Positions 9,803-17,703 of a stretch of 32,000 nucleotides of DNA are shown piece by piece. A program made the position numbers and the translations under genes. Each line of letters starts with the position of its first letter. Position 1 is the first letter of the stretch. The DNA lies in the NCBI RefSeq assembly GCF_900079115.1, contig NZ_LT549890.1, positions 390,001 to 422,000 on the forward strand. The letters run 5' to 3'. Below the pieces are notes generated by a model. That model ran no database searches. It saw only the letters and a list, made by a program, of their open reading frames with translations, and was not told the origin of the DNA. The stretch comes from Saccharolobus solfataricus (GTDB lineage Archaea; Thermoproteota; Thermoprotei_A; Sulfolobales; Sulfolobaceae).

Positions 9803-9820
9803 TTGGTGAAACACCACTGG
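9803..9820. repeat. IS terminal inverted repeat (right)
   Basis: TTGGTGAAACACCACTGG is the reverse complement of 8380-8397. Confidence 0.85.
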
Positions 9821-10137
9821 TAGATTTCCTAGAATACCAGCTAGGATAAATATACCATATTCATGTTTTCCCGCTCTACTACCAAAAATTAAATATATAA
9901 CATATAATGAAATAAAATTAAATATAAAATCAACAAAGCTATTAGTTATAAATATTGATGTGAATAGTTCGTAATAATACCCTTTAATTACTAAGTAGTT
10001 TAATTGTTCTAGATAATATAATGAGGTAGAATCTATAAAAGTTGCTAATAAACCTACCATAAAACCCAAAGTAACAAGAAACATTAAGAAAAAAGTTGAT
10101 ATACCTATTATTTTTTTTATTATCACTTTATTCACCA

Positions 10138-10740
10138 TTATAGAAATGTTAGTGCGAATGCAATGATTATCAATACTGCCCACACTATCATGTTCCATCT
10201 AAAGATCTTTAATCCGTCTAAAACCCAGAATGGAAGCAAGTTAAAGAATGCTACCCAGAAGTTAAACCTAGCTAATTCAAAGAAAAATAAGCCAACAAGG
10301 CTAAAAGGCACTAACGATGCACCAATAAGGCCAACAAATCCTACTATTATGTTAGTTAGAGGTCCAGCTAGAGCTGTTTTTCCCTCAACGTCTCTATTAA
10401 GAAATCCACAAGATATTGATGTGTATCCCGAAAAGAAAACTAAGATACCTACGAAGCTACCAATTATATTCAGTATTAACGTTGTCCAAAACCCTGAAAA
10501 ACTTAAAGTAAATCTAGAGAAACAACCATATCTTCTCGCAGCTTGTCTGTGGCCTATTTCATGTGGTATTATAGCTAATAATGCTACGATATATGGTATG
10601 ATTATACTACCTATTGGATCTGAAAGTATTGATGTTGGGCGTATATAAGCTACTGCTAAAGATAAGGCAGCAAGTAAAAAGGAAGTGATCTCATTTAGGT
10701 TGGCGAATCTCCATTCTAAGTATCTTATATCCCAAGACAT
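10138..10740 (-). CDS. site-2 protease-type (peptidase M50) intramembrane metalloprotease
   Basis: 200 aa and polytopic. HEIGH sits in a TM segment, followed by the downstream FNLLPFWVLDG motif typical of the M50/S2P family. Confidence 0.85.
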   Translation of the reverse strand: MSWDIRYLEWRFANLNEITSFLLAALSLAVAYIRPTSILSDPIGSIIIPYIVALLAIIPHEIGHRQAARRYGCFSRFTLSFSGFWTTLILNIIGSFVGILVFFSGYTSISCGFLNRDVEGKTALAGPLTNIIVGFVGLIGASLVPFSLVGLFFFELARFNFWVAFFNLLPFWVLDGLKIFRWNMIVWAVLIIIAFALTFL

Positions 10741-10742
10741 AC

Positions 10743-11366
10743 CTATCTTATTAATCTTAACAACTCTGAGGGTATTAAATTATTGCTTACATATCGAATG
10801 TTTGTACTATCTATTTTCCATAATAACGCTTTTTTGTCATTACTGATGGTTGCCATGTAAATATTTCCACTTAAGTTTATTATCCCTTCAAATATTATGT
10901 CAAATAATCTTTTGAAGGAATTAAAGGTATCAAAGATTACTGATCTATACATAAATGGCATCGTAATTTTTAGACAAATATATCTTTTTGCTAAAATTTC
11001 AATTAAGTCCTTAGAGAAATCGTTATAGAGTTCAGGTCTCAATAACGTTATTTGCGCATTTCCTTCAACGTTTATAATTATAACTAACATTTTTCTTGTC
11101 TGATTAGTTGTGGATATCCATATCTCAAATATCCTTAGGACGTTCTCACACTCATCACTTATCTTTTTAGCTGGCAAGAAAAAAGAATAAGTTCCATTAT
11201 TTTGAGTTACAGCATCTATTAGTCCCTCTGCAAAAAGTTTCGATGAGACCCCTATTAAGGACAATTCCTTTTCAAGCGAAGGATTTAATTCTACTACATG
11301 CCCATCACTTGTAAGTACCTTTCTCCCTATACCTTGTAGGTAATCTACAGTGACTTCGAATCTCAC
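10743..11366 (-). CDS. hypothetical protein, first gene of the protease/Fap7/Mrp string
   Basis: 207 aa with no motif I recognise. Its stop lies 2 nt before the M50 start. A TATA-like TATATAAAAG (minus strand, about 11391-11400) sits about 26-34 nt upstream of the ATG. Confidence 0.55.
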   Translation of the reverse strand: MRFEVTVDYLQGIGRKVLTSDGHVVELNPSLEKELSLIGVSSKLFAEGLIDAVTQNNGTYSFFLPAKKISDECENVLRIFEIWISTTNQTRKMLVIIINVEGNAQITLLRPELYNDFSKDLIEILAKRYICLKITMPFMYRSVIFDTFNSFKRLFDIIFEGIINLSGNIYMATISNDKKALLWKIDSTNIRYVSNNLIPSELLRLIR

Positions 11367-11385
11367 AAAAATAAAATAGTGTACA

Positions 11386-11544
11386 TTAAACTTTTATATA
11401 TTTTGCGTATATCTCTGCATTTAATTCCATGTTCTTTGCCAATACTTTTTCGAGTACTTGTTTATCCTCAGCGGATGGATTATAATTCTTTATGATAGAT
11501 TCGATTTGTTCCAACAGCCTTAATACATCTTGTATACTTTCCAT
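11386..11544 (-). CDS. possible 52-aa helical mini-ORF (speculative)
   Basis: My own translation: MESIQDVLRLLEQIESIIKNYNPSAEDKQVLEKVLAKNMELNAEIYAKYIKV. Its 3' end contains the putative TATA box of the downstream gene, so it may simply be promoter/leader sequence. Confidence 0.2.
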   Translation of the reverse strand: MESIQDVLRLLEQIESIIKNYNPSAEDKQVLEKVLAKNMELNAEIYAKYIKV

Positions 11545-11571
11545 GATTTTACTTTATGCTTAATCTAAAAA

Positions 11572-14085
11572 ATGGTTACCAATGTAAAATTGGTATTTCC
11601 ACAATACTTTTTACTGTATATAAAGTCTAGGAATAATGTGAAGAATGGCCTTGTATCGTTGGTATTATGGTTATTACTGATTATGATATTATTGCATTTT
11701 GCAATTAAAACTCCTAGTTTATTTACGTATTCGGATTCCCCATTCTTGTCAAGCAGCGTACAAAGTGTAAGGGCTGATAAGATAGTAACCAATTACTTTC
11801 ACATTGGCAACGTTGATAATCTGTATATTATTATCAATTCCTCGTCTTATAACCAAGCTTTACAAGAAATTTATTCTAATTTATATCTCCTTAATAACGC
11901 TACGGTGATAACTCCCAACGGTTACGTTAGCATGCTTAAGACAGAGTATCTCAGCTACCTTGGCTTAAATGAGAAGAATTTCTCATCTACGATAAGCCAG
12001 TTGTATGAGAATTTGACTCGTTTGAAACTTTATTTAATTTCAAATTTTCAATACTTTGAATATCAGTTAAATATTACATTTGGTCTTCCACTTCATAATT
12101 TCACTAGTAACATATGCCCTACCTATAAGGAAAATTTTGATAAAGTTAATGGAAGTTTACTAGAGAAAGCTAGATATGCGGGATACTTAACCTTTAAAGA
12201 TCCATTTCTTTTCTACTTTGGATTTAATAATTACACTAATTACACTTTGGCATTAAAGTTTTTGATACAGTTTAATAACTACACTAGTCTAATCGAAAGG
12301 ATACTTAAAACTCAAAACATAACGTCTGTTAATGAAAGCAATGTGATTTTTAATAATATAACTACAGCCTTTAACTCATCCTTTCATAAGGGTACTTTAT
12401 GGCTTTTCATTATAAATGTTCCTAGCAATGAAAGCCTAACAAATATTAATCAATTTACTGAAAGTCTCAGAAACGCCTATGTAATAGGTCACCTAGCGTA
12501 TTATGCACAATCCGCATATTATACTCAAAGTAACGTTGAAATTATAGATATAACTACAATTATTCTTGTAATGATATTACTAATACTGTTAGTTAGATCA
12601 ATTGTTCCAATTCTGATTTTAATATCTAGTGCTGGTACTAGTCTTTTATTAGCTTATGGTCTCATGTACATGGAAACGCTTCTAGGTTATAAGATATATT
12701 ATATTTCGGGTTTGGTTGCACCTCCAATTGTATTTGGTCTTAACATTGACTATGGCATATTACTCATATATAGATATTTTGAAGAAATTAATAAAAATAA
12801 TTTAGATGCTCTCCTATATGCGCTTAAAAATTCAATAAAAGGTATACTATTAAGTGGTATTAGTATCACGATTGGGTTCTCCAGTTTTATCCTTTCCCCT
12901 TCTGCACTACTTCAAAACATAGGAATAGCGTTAGTGACATCTTCCATTTCAGCATTAATACCAGCAGTTTTCTTTACGTACACGTTATTGCTCTTAATCC
13001 CTCAAAGATATCTTAGTTTTCCTAGACGAAAATTACCGAGTATTACGGATATAAGGCAAAGGTACTTATATAAGCTTTCCAACTTTGCAGTAAGGCACAA
13101 TAAGTTATTAGTAATTCTTATGCTAGTTTCTATCGTTATCTTTATCTTTTATTTTCCTTCTATACACACCAACGTTAATATAGATGAAATATTACCTCCC
13201 CATGCAAATTCACTTGTAGGTACAAAGGTTCTTAATCAACTTTACAATTATAGTATAGACTATATTATATTGTATGGAAGCCCTAAGGCTAACTACACTC
13301 TCATTTATAATTTAACTAAAACTCTTATAGATCAAGGTAACTTAGTTTATGGACCAATGTCCTTAGGTTCTCAGATCATTGTCAATAATAGCAACTTATA
13401 TGATCACTTTCATCAAGGAAATTACACCTTGTTGATAATTTACCTAAAGTACCCTGTATTTAGCAATGGCGCTATAAATTTAACAAATTGGCTCATAAGC
13501 AAGGGATTCCTAGTTGGAGGGGATAACGCACAAAGAATAGATATCGTTAATAATACCGTTAGTACTTATTTTAGCTATACTTTACCACTTACTATAATTT
13601 TAATTGTCATTTACCTCTTCATGATTCTCGGATCTATTCTACTTCCCTTGAGGTTATCCTTAACTGTAGGTCTAAGCTCATTATTGGGAGCATTTACAGT
13701 GGCATTAGTATATAACTCGCCATATTGGCTATCCCCACTTGTAATTTTTGCCCTTCTTTTCAGTTTAGGTATAGACTATGATATGTTCATAATCATAAGA
13801 TTATTTGATGAGATGAAAAACGACGATGACATAAATAGTGCTATAGTAAGATCGGTAGAAAATACTGGATTAGTAGTAACTACTTGTGGTTTGATTTTAG
13901 CCGGAGCCTTTTTCTCATTGATGGTGGCAAATATGAGATTCTTACAAGAAATAGGTCTAGGTGTAGGAGTCTCAATACTGTTTGATACTTTTGTAGTTAG
14001 GCCTATTCTAGTACCTGCAATTATTTCAATTCTGAAAAAATATAATTTTTGGCCATTTAAGGCGAGAAAATTTCTTTATACTTAA
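11572..14085 (+). CDS. MMPL/RND-superfamily membrane transporter
   Basis: 837 aa. It has two 6-TM bundles, each preceded by a large extracytoplasmic loop. Duplicated hallmark motifs: GLNIDYGILLIYRYFEE and SLGIDYDMFIIIRLFDE. Confidence 0.85.
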   Translation: MVTNVKLVFPQYFLLYIKSRNNVKNGLVSLVLWLLLIMILLHFAIKTPSLFTYSDSPFLSSSVQSVRADKIVTNYFHIGNVDNLYIIINSSSYNQALQEIYSNLYLLNNATVITPNGYVSMLKTEYLSYLGLNEKNFSSTISQLYENLTRLKLYLISNFQYFEYQLNITFGLPLHNFTSNICPTYKENFDKVNGSLLEKARYAGYLTFKDPFLFYFGFNNYTNYTLALKFLIQFNNYTSLIERILKTQNITSVNESNVIFNNITTAFNSSFHKGTLWLFIINVPSNESLTNINQFTESLRNAYVIGHLAYYAQSAYYTQSNVEIIDITTIILVMILLILLVRSIVPILILISSAGTSLLLAYGLMYMETLLGYKIYYISGLVAPPIVFGLNIDYGILLIYRYFEEINKNNLDALLYALKNSIKGILLSGISITIGFSSFILSPSALLQNIGIALVTSSISALIPAVFFTYTLLLLIPQRYLSFPRRKLPSITDIRQRYLYKLSNFAVRHNKLLVILMLVSIVIFIFYFPSIHTNVNIDEILPPHANSLVGTKVLNQLYNYSIDYIILYGSPKANYTLIYNLTKTLIDQGNLVYGPMSLGSQIIVNNSNLYDHFHQGNYTLLIIYLKYPVFSNGAINLTNWLISKGFLVGGDNAQRIDIVNNTVSTYFSYTLPLTIILIVIYLFMILGSILLPLRLSLTVGLSSLLGAFTVALVYNSPYWLSPLVIFALLFSLGIDYDMFIIIRLFDEMKNDDDINSAIVRSVENTGLVVTTCGLILAGAFFSLMVANMRFLQEIGLGVGVSILFDTFVVRPILVPAIISILKKYNFWPFKARKFLYT

Positions 14086-15001
14086 CTGATATATTTATAA
14101 TCTTTTTTACAACATCTAATGGATCTCTGCCAAAAACATAAGTGTTGGCCTCAATACCAGTACCGCCCAAATGTATTACCACATCTGTACCTTCATCAAA
14201 TACTGCAGCTATTGTTTCGGCTATTCTTTCATTGCCTAGGTCGTTCTGAGGACCTACTTTCTTAAATTTATAGCCAATTTCCTTCAATATCATTTCCACT
14301 TTCTCATCATACTTGATATTCATAACTGACCTCACAGCGGGATGATTTTTCATCACTGATAATAGTACCTTAGCTAAATGCTTGCTTCCTCCCCACATTG
14401 GTTTAGAAGCAGGTGTTGGTAGGTTTCTAATTTTAGTTATTCTCCCTGGAATTGCAAGCACATCTTCTTCCCTCTTAGCGTTGGCTTTTGCAAAGGCTAA
14501 ATTGCTTAGAACTTCTGGGATTAATTCCGCTACAGACTCGTTTTGAAGCATTGATAGTGCAAGTTCCATCATTTCCTCTTCATTCTCCTTGTACAAACTT
14601 TTACAAATGTCGCAATCAACAGGAATTTCACTATCAATCATTTTGTGGTATTTACAGAATTTTAGCCTACTTAAATTGGAAAGGAAAAACACACTGATAT
14701 ATTGCATTACTTGTTTAGGGTCACCATTTATTAGTAATTGCGTAAGTTTATCTAGAAAATCGTCTATTTCTTCACGTGTTAATCCCAAATTCTGTAATCT
14801 TTTAATGTACGAATTTTCGTCTTCATCTAAGTATTGTTTCACTGCTGGTTGGCTAACTCCTAATAGATTAGCAATTCTCGTTTGACTCATATGTAGTTCC
14901 CTAAGTCTTTTAGCCTCTAATACCCTAATTGATGTTATGAATATGTCATCAAATATTGATAGTGGTGATTTTAGCACAATAGTAAGATTGAGATCAAACA
15001 A
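14057..15001 (-). CDS. transcriptional regulator: N-terminal HTH fused to a C-terminal ThiN-like domain (ThiR/COG1992-like)
   Basis: HTH: MSQTRIANLLGVSQPAVKQYL. A central Cys/His cluster follows (CKYH...CDIC). The C-terminal AIPGRI......P.WGGS.HLA...L.......R..MNI.Y......IHLGGTGIEANTYVFGRDP matches the ThiN pattern. The tracked start is TTG 15001. GTG 14977 is an alternative, and ATG 14890 would truncate the HTH. Confidence 0.65.
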   Translation of the reverse strand: MFDLNLTIVLKSPLSIFDDIFITSIRVLEAKRLRELHMSQTRIANLLGVSQPAVKQYLDEDENSYIKRLQNLGLTREEIDDFLDKLTQLLINGDPKQVMQYISVFFLSNLSRLKFCKYHKMIDSEIPVDCDICKSLYKENEEEMMELALSMLQNESVAELIPEVLSNLAFAKANAKREEDVLAIPGRITKIRNLPTPASKPMWGGSKHLAKVLLSVMKNHPAVRSVMNIKYDEKVEMILKEIGYKFKKVGPQNDLGNERIAETIAAVFDEGTDVVIHLGGTGIEANTYVFGRDPLDVVKKIINISVKYKEIFSP

Positions 15002-15695
15002 AAATTACTTTCTGAATAGAGAGTTAACGTTTGCCGCAATTGATGGAACCTTCTCTGACATTATTTTGGAAGGAGAGAAAGGAGGTTATATAGTAATAGG
15101 CATAATCAAAGGCAGAATATTTAAGGATTTTAAATTTACTATAGAAGATATTTCAGTTGATGATGAGCTGTGCATTTGTGAAGCAGAGAAGAGAATGAGA
15201 GAACTAGAATACTACAATATAAAGGAAAATGAAGTTGATCTAATATTTTTCGATAGAAAACTGTCATTTGATAAATCTTTAGGTATTTCGGTTCCTAAAA
15301 ATTCCATTGGAATTGTAAAGGATTTTGATATAGTAAAAAGAGAAAATTTGAACAATGTAGAAAACCCCCCTTGGCTAGTAATTAATGAAAAACATGATGA
15401 AACGATTTATGGATATTTTAAACTGTTTCCCTCCTCATGGGTATTCTACATAGAGTCTCAAGTTTTTGTAGAAAATCCGGAAGAATTGCTTTCTCTAATC
15501 TATAATCTAGGAAGGGAGCCAATACCAGAAGCTTTAGGGTATAATTATCCATTGTTTTTAGCTGATAAGTTAGTGAAATATTACAGAAATAAATTAAGCA
15601 AGTTCATAAATGTCACCAGTTTGCAAAGCAATATTAGATACAGAGAATTTAGAAGTTGGATTGAGAGATTAAGAAATGATGGAAAGTATTTTTGA
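14937..15695 (+). CDS. NurA-like nuclease candidate (compact)
   Basis: 252 aa. It has AAIDGT at residues 33-38, then AEKRMRELE, then LIFFDRKLS, which mirrors the order of the NurA acidic motifs. It overlaps the downstream HerA-like gene by 20 nt. The start is uncertain (ATG 14937/14943 or TTG 14988). Confidence 0.5.
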   Translation: MNMSSNIDSGDFSTIVRLRSNKNYFLNRELTFAAIDGTFSDIILEGEKGGYIVIGIIKGRIFKDFKFTIEDISVDDELCICEAEKRMRELEYYNIKENEVDLIFFDRKLSFDKSLGISVPKNSIGIVKDFDIVKRENLNNVENPPWLVINEKHDETIYGYFKLFPSSWVFYIESQVFVENPEELLSLIYNLGREPIPEALGYNYPLFLADKLVKYYRNKLSKFINVTSLQSNIRYREFRSWIERLRNDGKYF

Positions 15696-17424
15696 AGTAG
15701 AAGAGGGAAAGCTAAGAGAAGCCAAAATAATAACTAGGCAAACTTCTGATGGCAGGGGTACAATATCTTTTAGAAATTATATAGTAGAATTCCCCTTCTC
15801 GCTAAAGGATAAATTAGGTATAGGAAAATTGCTTGCTGTAAATACAATAAAGGAAAATTACTATCTGATTTTAGAAGTTGCAGATATTATTCCGATGCAT
15901 TATGGTATGATAAATCTGGACTCTACAATACCTAAGGAGATTAGAAATGAAATCATGAAAAAAGTTAGTGAAAGTTGGTATTCGAACGATGAGAAAGAAA
16001 TATGGATAGATTCAATAACTTATCCTTTGGGATATATTCTCGAAATAAATTCGAACAATATTCAATTTAAAAAAGGATATTTCCCACCTCTATTGGGTTC
16101 CTCAGTAAAGATTTTAAATAAAAAGGCGTATGCGTCATTTGTCTGTGCAAATAGTAATGTAAGTTTAGGAAACATTCTACATGAACAACTTTCTTTAGAT
16201 ATAAATTTAGAAAAAGCAATAAAGTATCACCTAGGTATTTTCGCTTTTACGGGCTCGGGTAAATCAAATTTAGCATCCTTGATAGCAAGAAAAGTGTTAG
16301 ATAACCTACCCGACACTAAAGTTGTAATATTTGACGTATCAATGGAGTACGCAATACTTCTCTTAGATAAGTTGCTTGAAGTTCCATCTAGAGTTATAAG
16401 CTTAGATAGAGTTCCCCCTAATCCAGCTGATGCGAGTAGAAAATTTTTAAGAAGTCACGTGATTCCTGACGACATTATAGATATTAGAGATAAGATAAAA
16501 AAAAGTGCAGAAATTCTACATCAAAATGGGAAAATGAAACAGTTATACGTTCCACCTGAAGGTTTTACTTACTTAACTTATGCCGATTTAATAGATCTAG
16601 TCAAAAAGCAGATAGAAGATAAATATACTGCAATATCGCAGAAACCACTACTCTATACTTTCCTAAGTAAGTTAGATAATTTCATGAGAGAAAGGAAATT
16701 GACAGTGGATGATATCATAGATGACTCTATTAATAATTTATTGGATGAAATAGAAAACTTAGGAAAAGATGCGCATTTAAAGGAGAATTCGTCACTGTTT
16801 ACATTTATATCTGGTATAAGAGCATACATCTCACTCGGCATCAGAGAAACTGAAGATTATGATATAGAAAATTTAGCGATTGAAATTTTGGATTCTTCCA
16901 GGGACTCACCTAGATTATTTATTTTAGAACTCCCTAACTTAGAAGAGGGAAGGCAAGTAGTTGCGACTGTAATTAATCAAATTTACAATAGGAGAAAGAG
17001 AATGTATTCCGACAATCCTAAAGTACTATTCATAATAGATGAAGCTCAAGAGTTTATACCTTATGATACCAAACAGAAAGATAAAAGTGAAGCCTCAAGC
17101 ACTGCCATAGAGAAATTGCTTAGACATGGAAGAAAGTATCACTTACATTCACTAATAAGTACTCAAAGACTAGCTTACCTAAACACTAACGCACTGCAGC
17201 AGTTACACTCTTACTTCATAAGCACACTTCCTAGGCCGTACGATAGACAATTATTAGCTGAAACTTTTGGAATTAGTGATATGCTCTTAGATAAGACCCT
17301 AGAACTGGAACCAGGGCAATGGTTATTAGTAAGCTTTAAGTCGGCTCTCCCTCATGATGTTCCAGTATTCTTTGCCGCTGAGAACAATCTAGATTTATTA
17401 AAGGATAGAATAAATAAGCTATGA
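15676..17424 (+). CDS. HerA/FtsK-clade (DUF87) hexameric ATPase paralog
   Basis: 582 aa. An N-terminal barrel-like region is followed by Walker A FTGSGKSN (nt 16246-16269), Walker [12 protein letters not shown] (nt 17023-17055), and a downstream LISTQR. Confidence 0.85.
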   Translation: MMESIFEVEEGKLREAKIITRQTSDGRGTISFRNYIVEFPFSLKDKLGIGKLLAVNTIKENYYLILEVADIIPMHYGMINLDSTIPKEIRNEIMKKVSESWYSNDEKEIWIDSITYPLGYILEINSNNIQFKKGYFPPLLGSSVKILNKKAYASFVCANSNVSLGNILHEQLSLDINLEKAIKYHLGIFAFTGSGKSNLASLIARKVLDNLPDTKVVIFDVSMEYAILLLDKLLEVPSRVISLDRVPPNPADASRKFLRSHVIPDDIIDIRDKIKKSAEILHQNGKMKQLYVPPEGFTYLTYADLIDLVKKQIEDKYTAISQKPLLYTFLSKLDNFMRERKLTVDDIIDDSINNLLDEIENLGKDAHLKENSSLFTFISGIRAYISLGIRETEDYDIENLAIEILDSSRDSPRLFILELPNLEEGRQVVATVINQIYNRRKRMYSDNPKVLFIIDEAQEFIPYDTKQKDKSEASSTAIEKLLRHGRKYHLHSLISTQRLAYLNTNALQQLHSYFISTLPRPYDRQLLAETFGISDMLLDKTLELEPGQWLLVSFKSALPHDVPVFFAAENNLDLLKDRINKL

Positions 17425-17688
17425 CTGTACTTCTATTTCTTCCAAATTTTGATCAGCAAAGGCCTTGTAAGAGCTCTTAGACATAATTAGAATTGTAAGG
17501 TTTATCTCATCAGTATGTTTGTATACCTCATCATAAATTGCATCTATTAGTTTAGACTTTTCTTTGCAATTAGCCGTTCTAACTATGATTAGATAGTATG
17601 CACCACTTTCATCTTTAAAAAGGTGAACTTCGCCATCTTTATTTAGTTCCCTTGCCTTCTTATATGCAGTCAGAATAGCGTTTTCCAT
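17419..17688 (-). CDS. hypothetical 89-aa protein, downstream partner of the SelB-like gene
   Basis: I recognise no motif. It lies 15 nt downstream of the 301-aa gene on the same strand, and its 3' end overlaps the HerA-like 3' end by 6 nt. Confidence 0.5.
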   Translation of the reverse strand: MENAILTAYKKARELNKDGEVHLFKDESGAYYLIIVRTANCKEKSKLIDAIYDEVYKHTDEINLTILIMSKSSYKAFADQNLEEIEVQS

Positions 17689-17703
17689 ATAATACTAATT
17701 AAC

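Larger units (their letters stand above)
8380..9820 (-). mobile_element. IS4-family insertion sequence, about 1.44 kb (ISC1439-like)
   Basis: 18-bp perfect terminal inverted repeats (CCAGTGGTGTTTCACCAA) are flanked by a direct duplication TAGATTT(CC), 7-9 bp depending on how the CC is assigned. It holds a single DDE transposase ORF. It looks more G+C-rich than the flanks by eye. With the 9-bp duplication the length is 1439 bp, which matches my recollection of ISC1439 (unverified). Confidence 0.9.
8106..10138 (-). pseudogene. rhomboid-family intramembrane serine protease, disrupted by an IS insertion
   Basis: The N-terminal 106 codons (10138-9821) are followed after the IS by 88 codons (8372-8109) that carry the catalytic GASGG and AHIGG motifs (my own translation). 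Removing the IS plus one duplication copy restores a 194-aa in-frame ORF. The ATG at 10138 overlaps the stop of the upstream M50 gene (TAATG). Confidence 0.8.

Noticed and set aside
9788-9820. The C-terminal 11 codons of tracked ORF 9788-10198 (PVVFHQFYSK).
   Set aside because: These codons are read-through into the IS terminal inverted repeat and are not native protein sequence. The ORF is the 5' fragment of the disrupted rhomboid gene. Its first 20 codons also overlap the M50 gene, so the real start is 10138.
10163-10648. A 161-aa plus-strand ORF.
   Set aside because: It is entirely antisense to the well-supported M50 protease gene. Its composition is Pro/Asn/Lys-rich and it has no motifs, so it is a shadow ORF.
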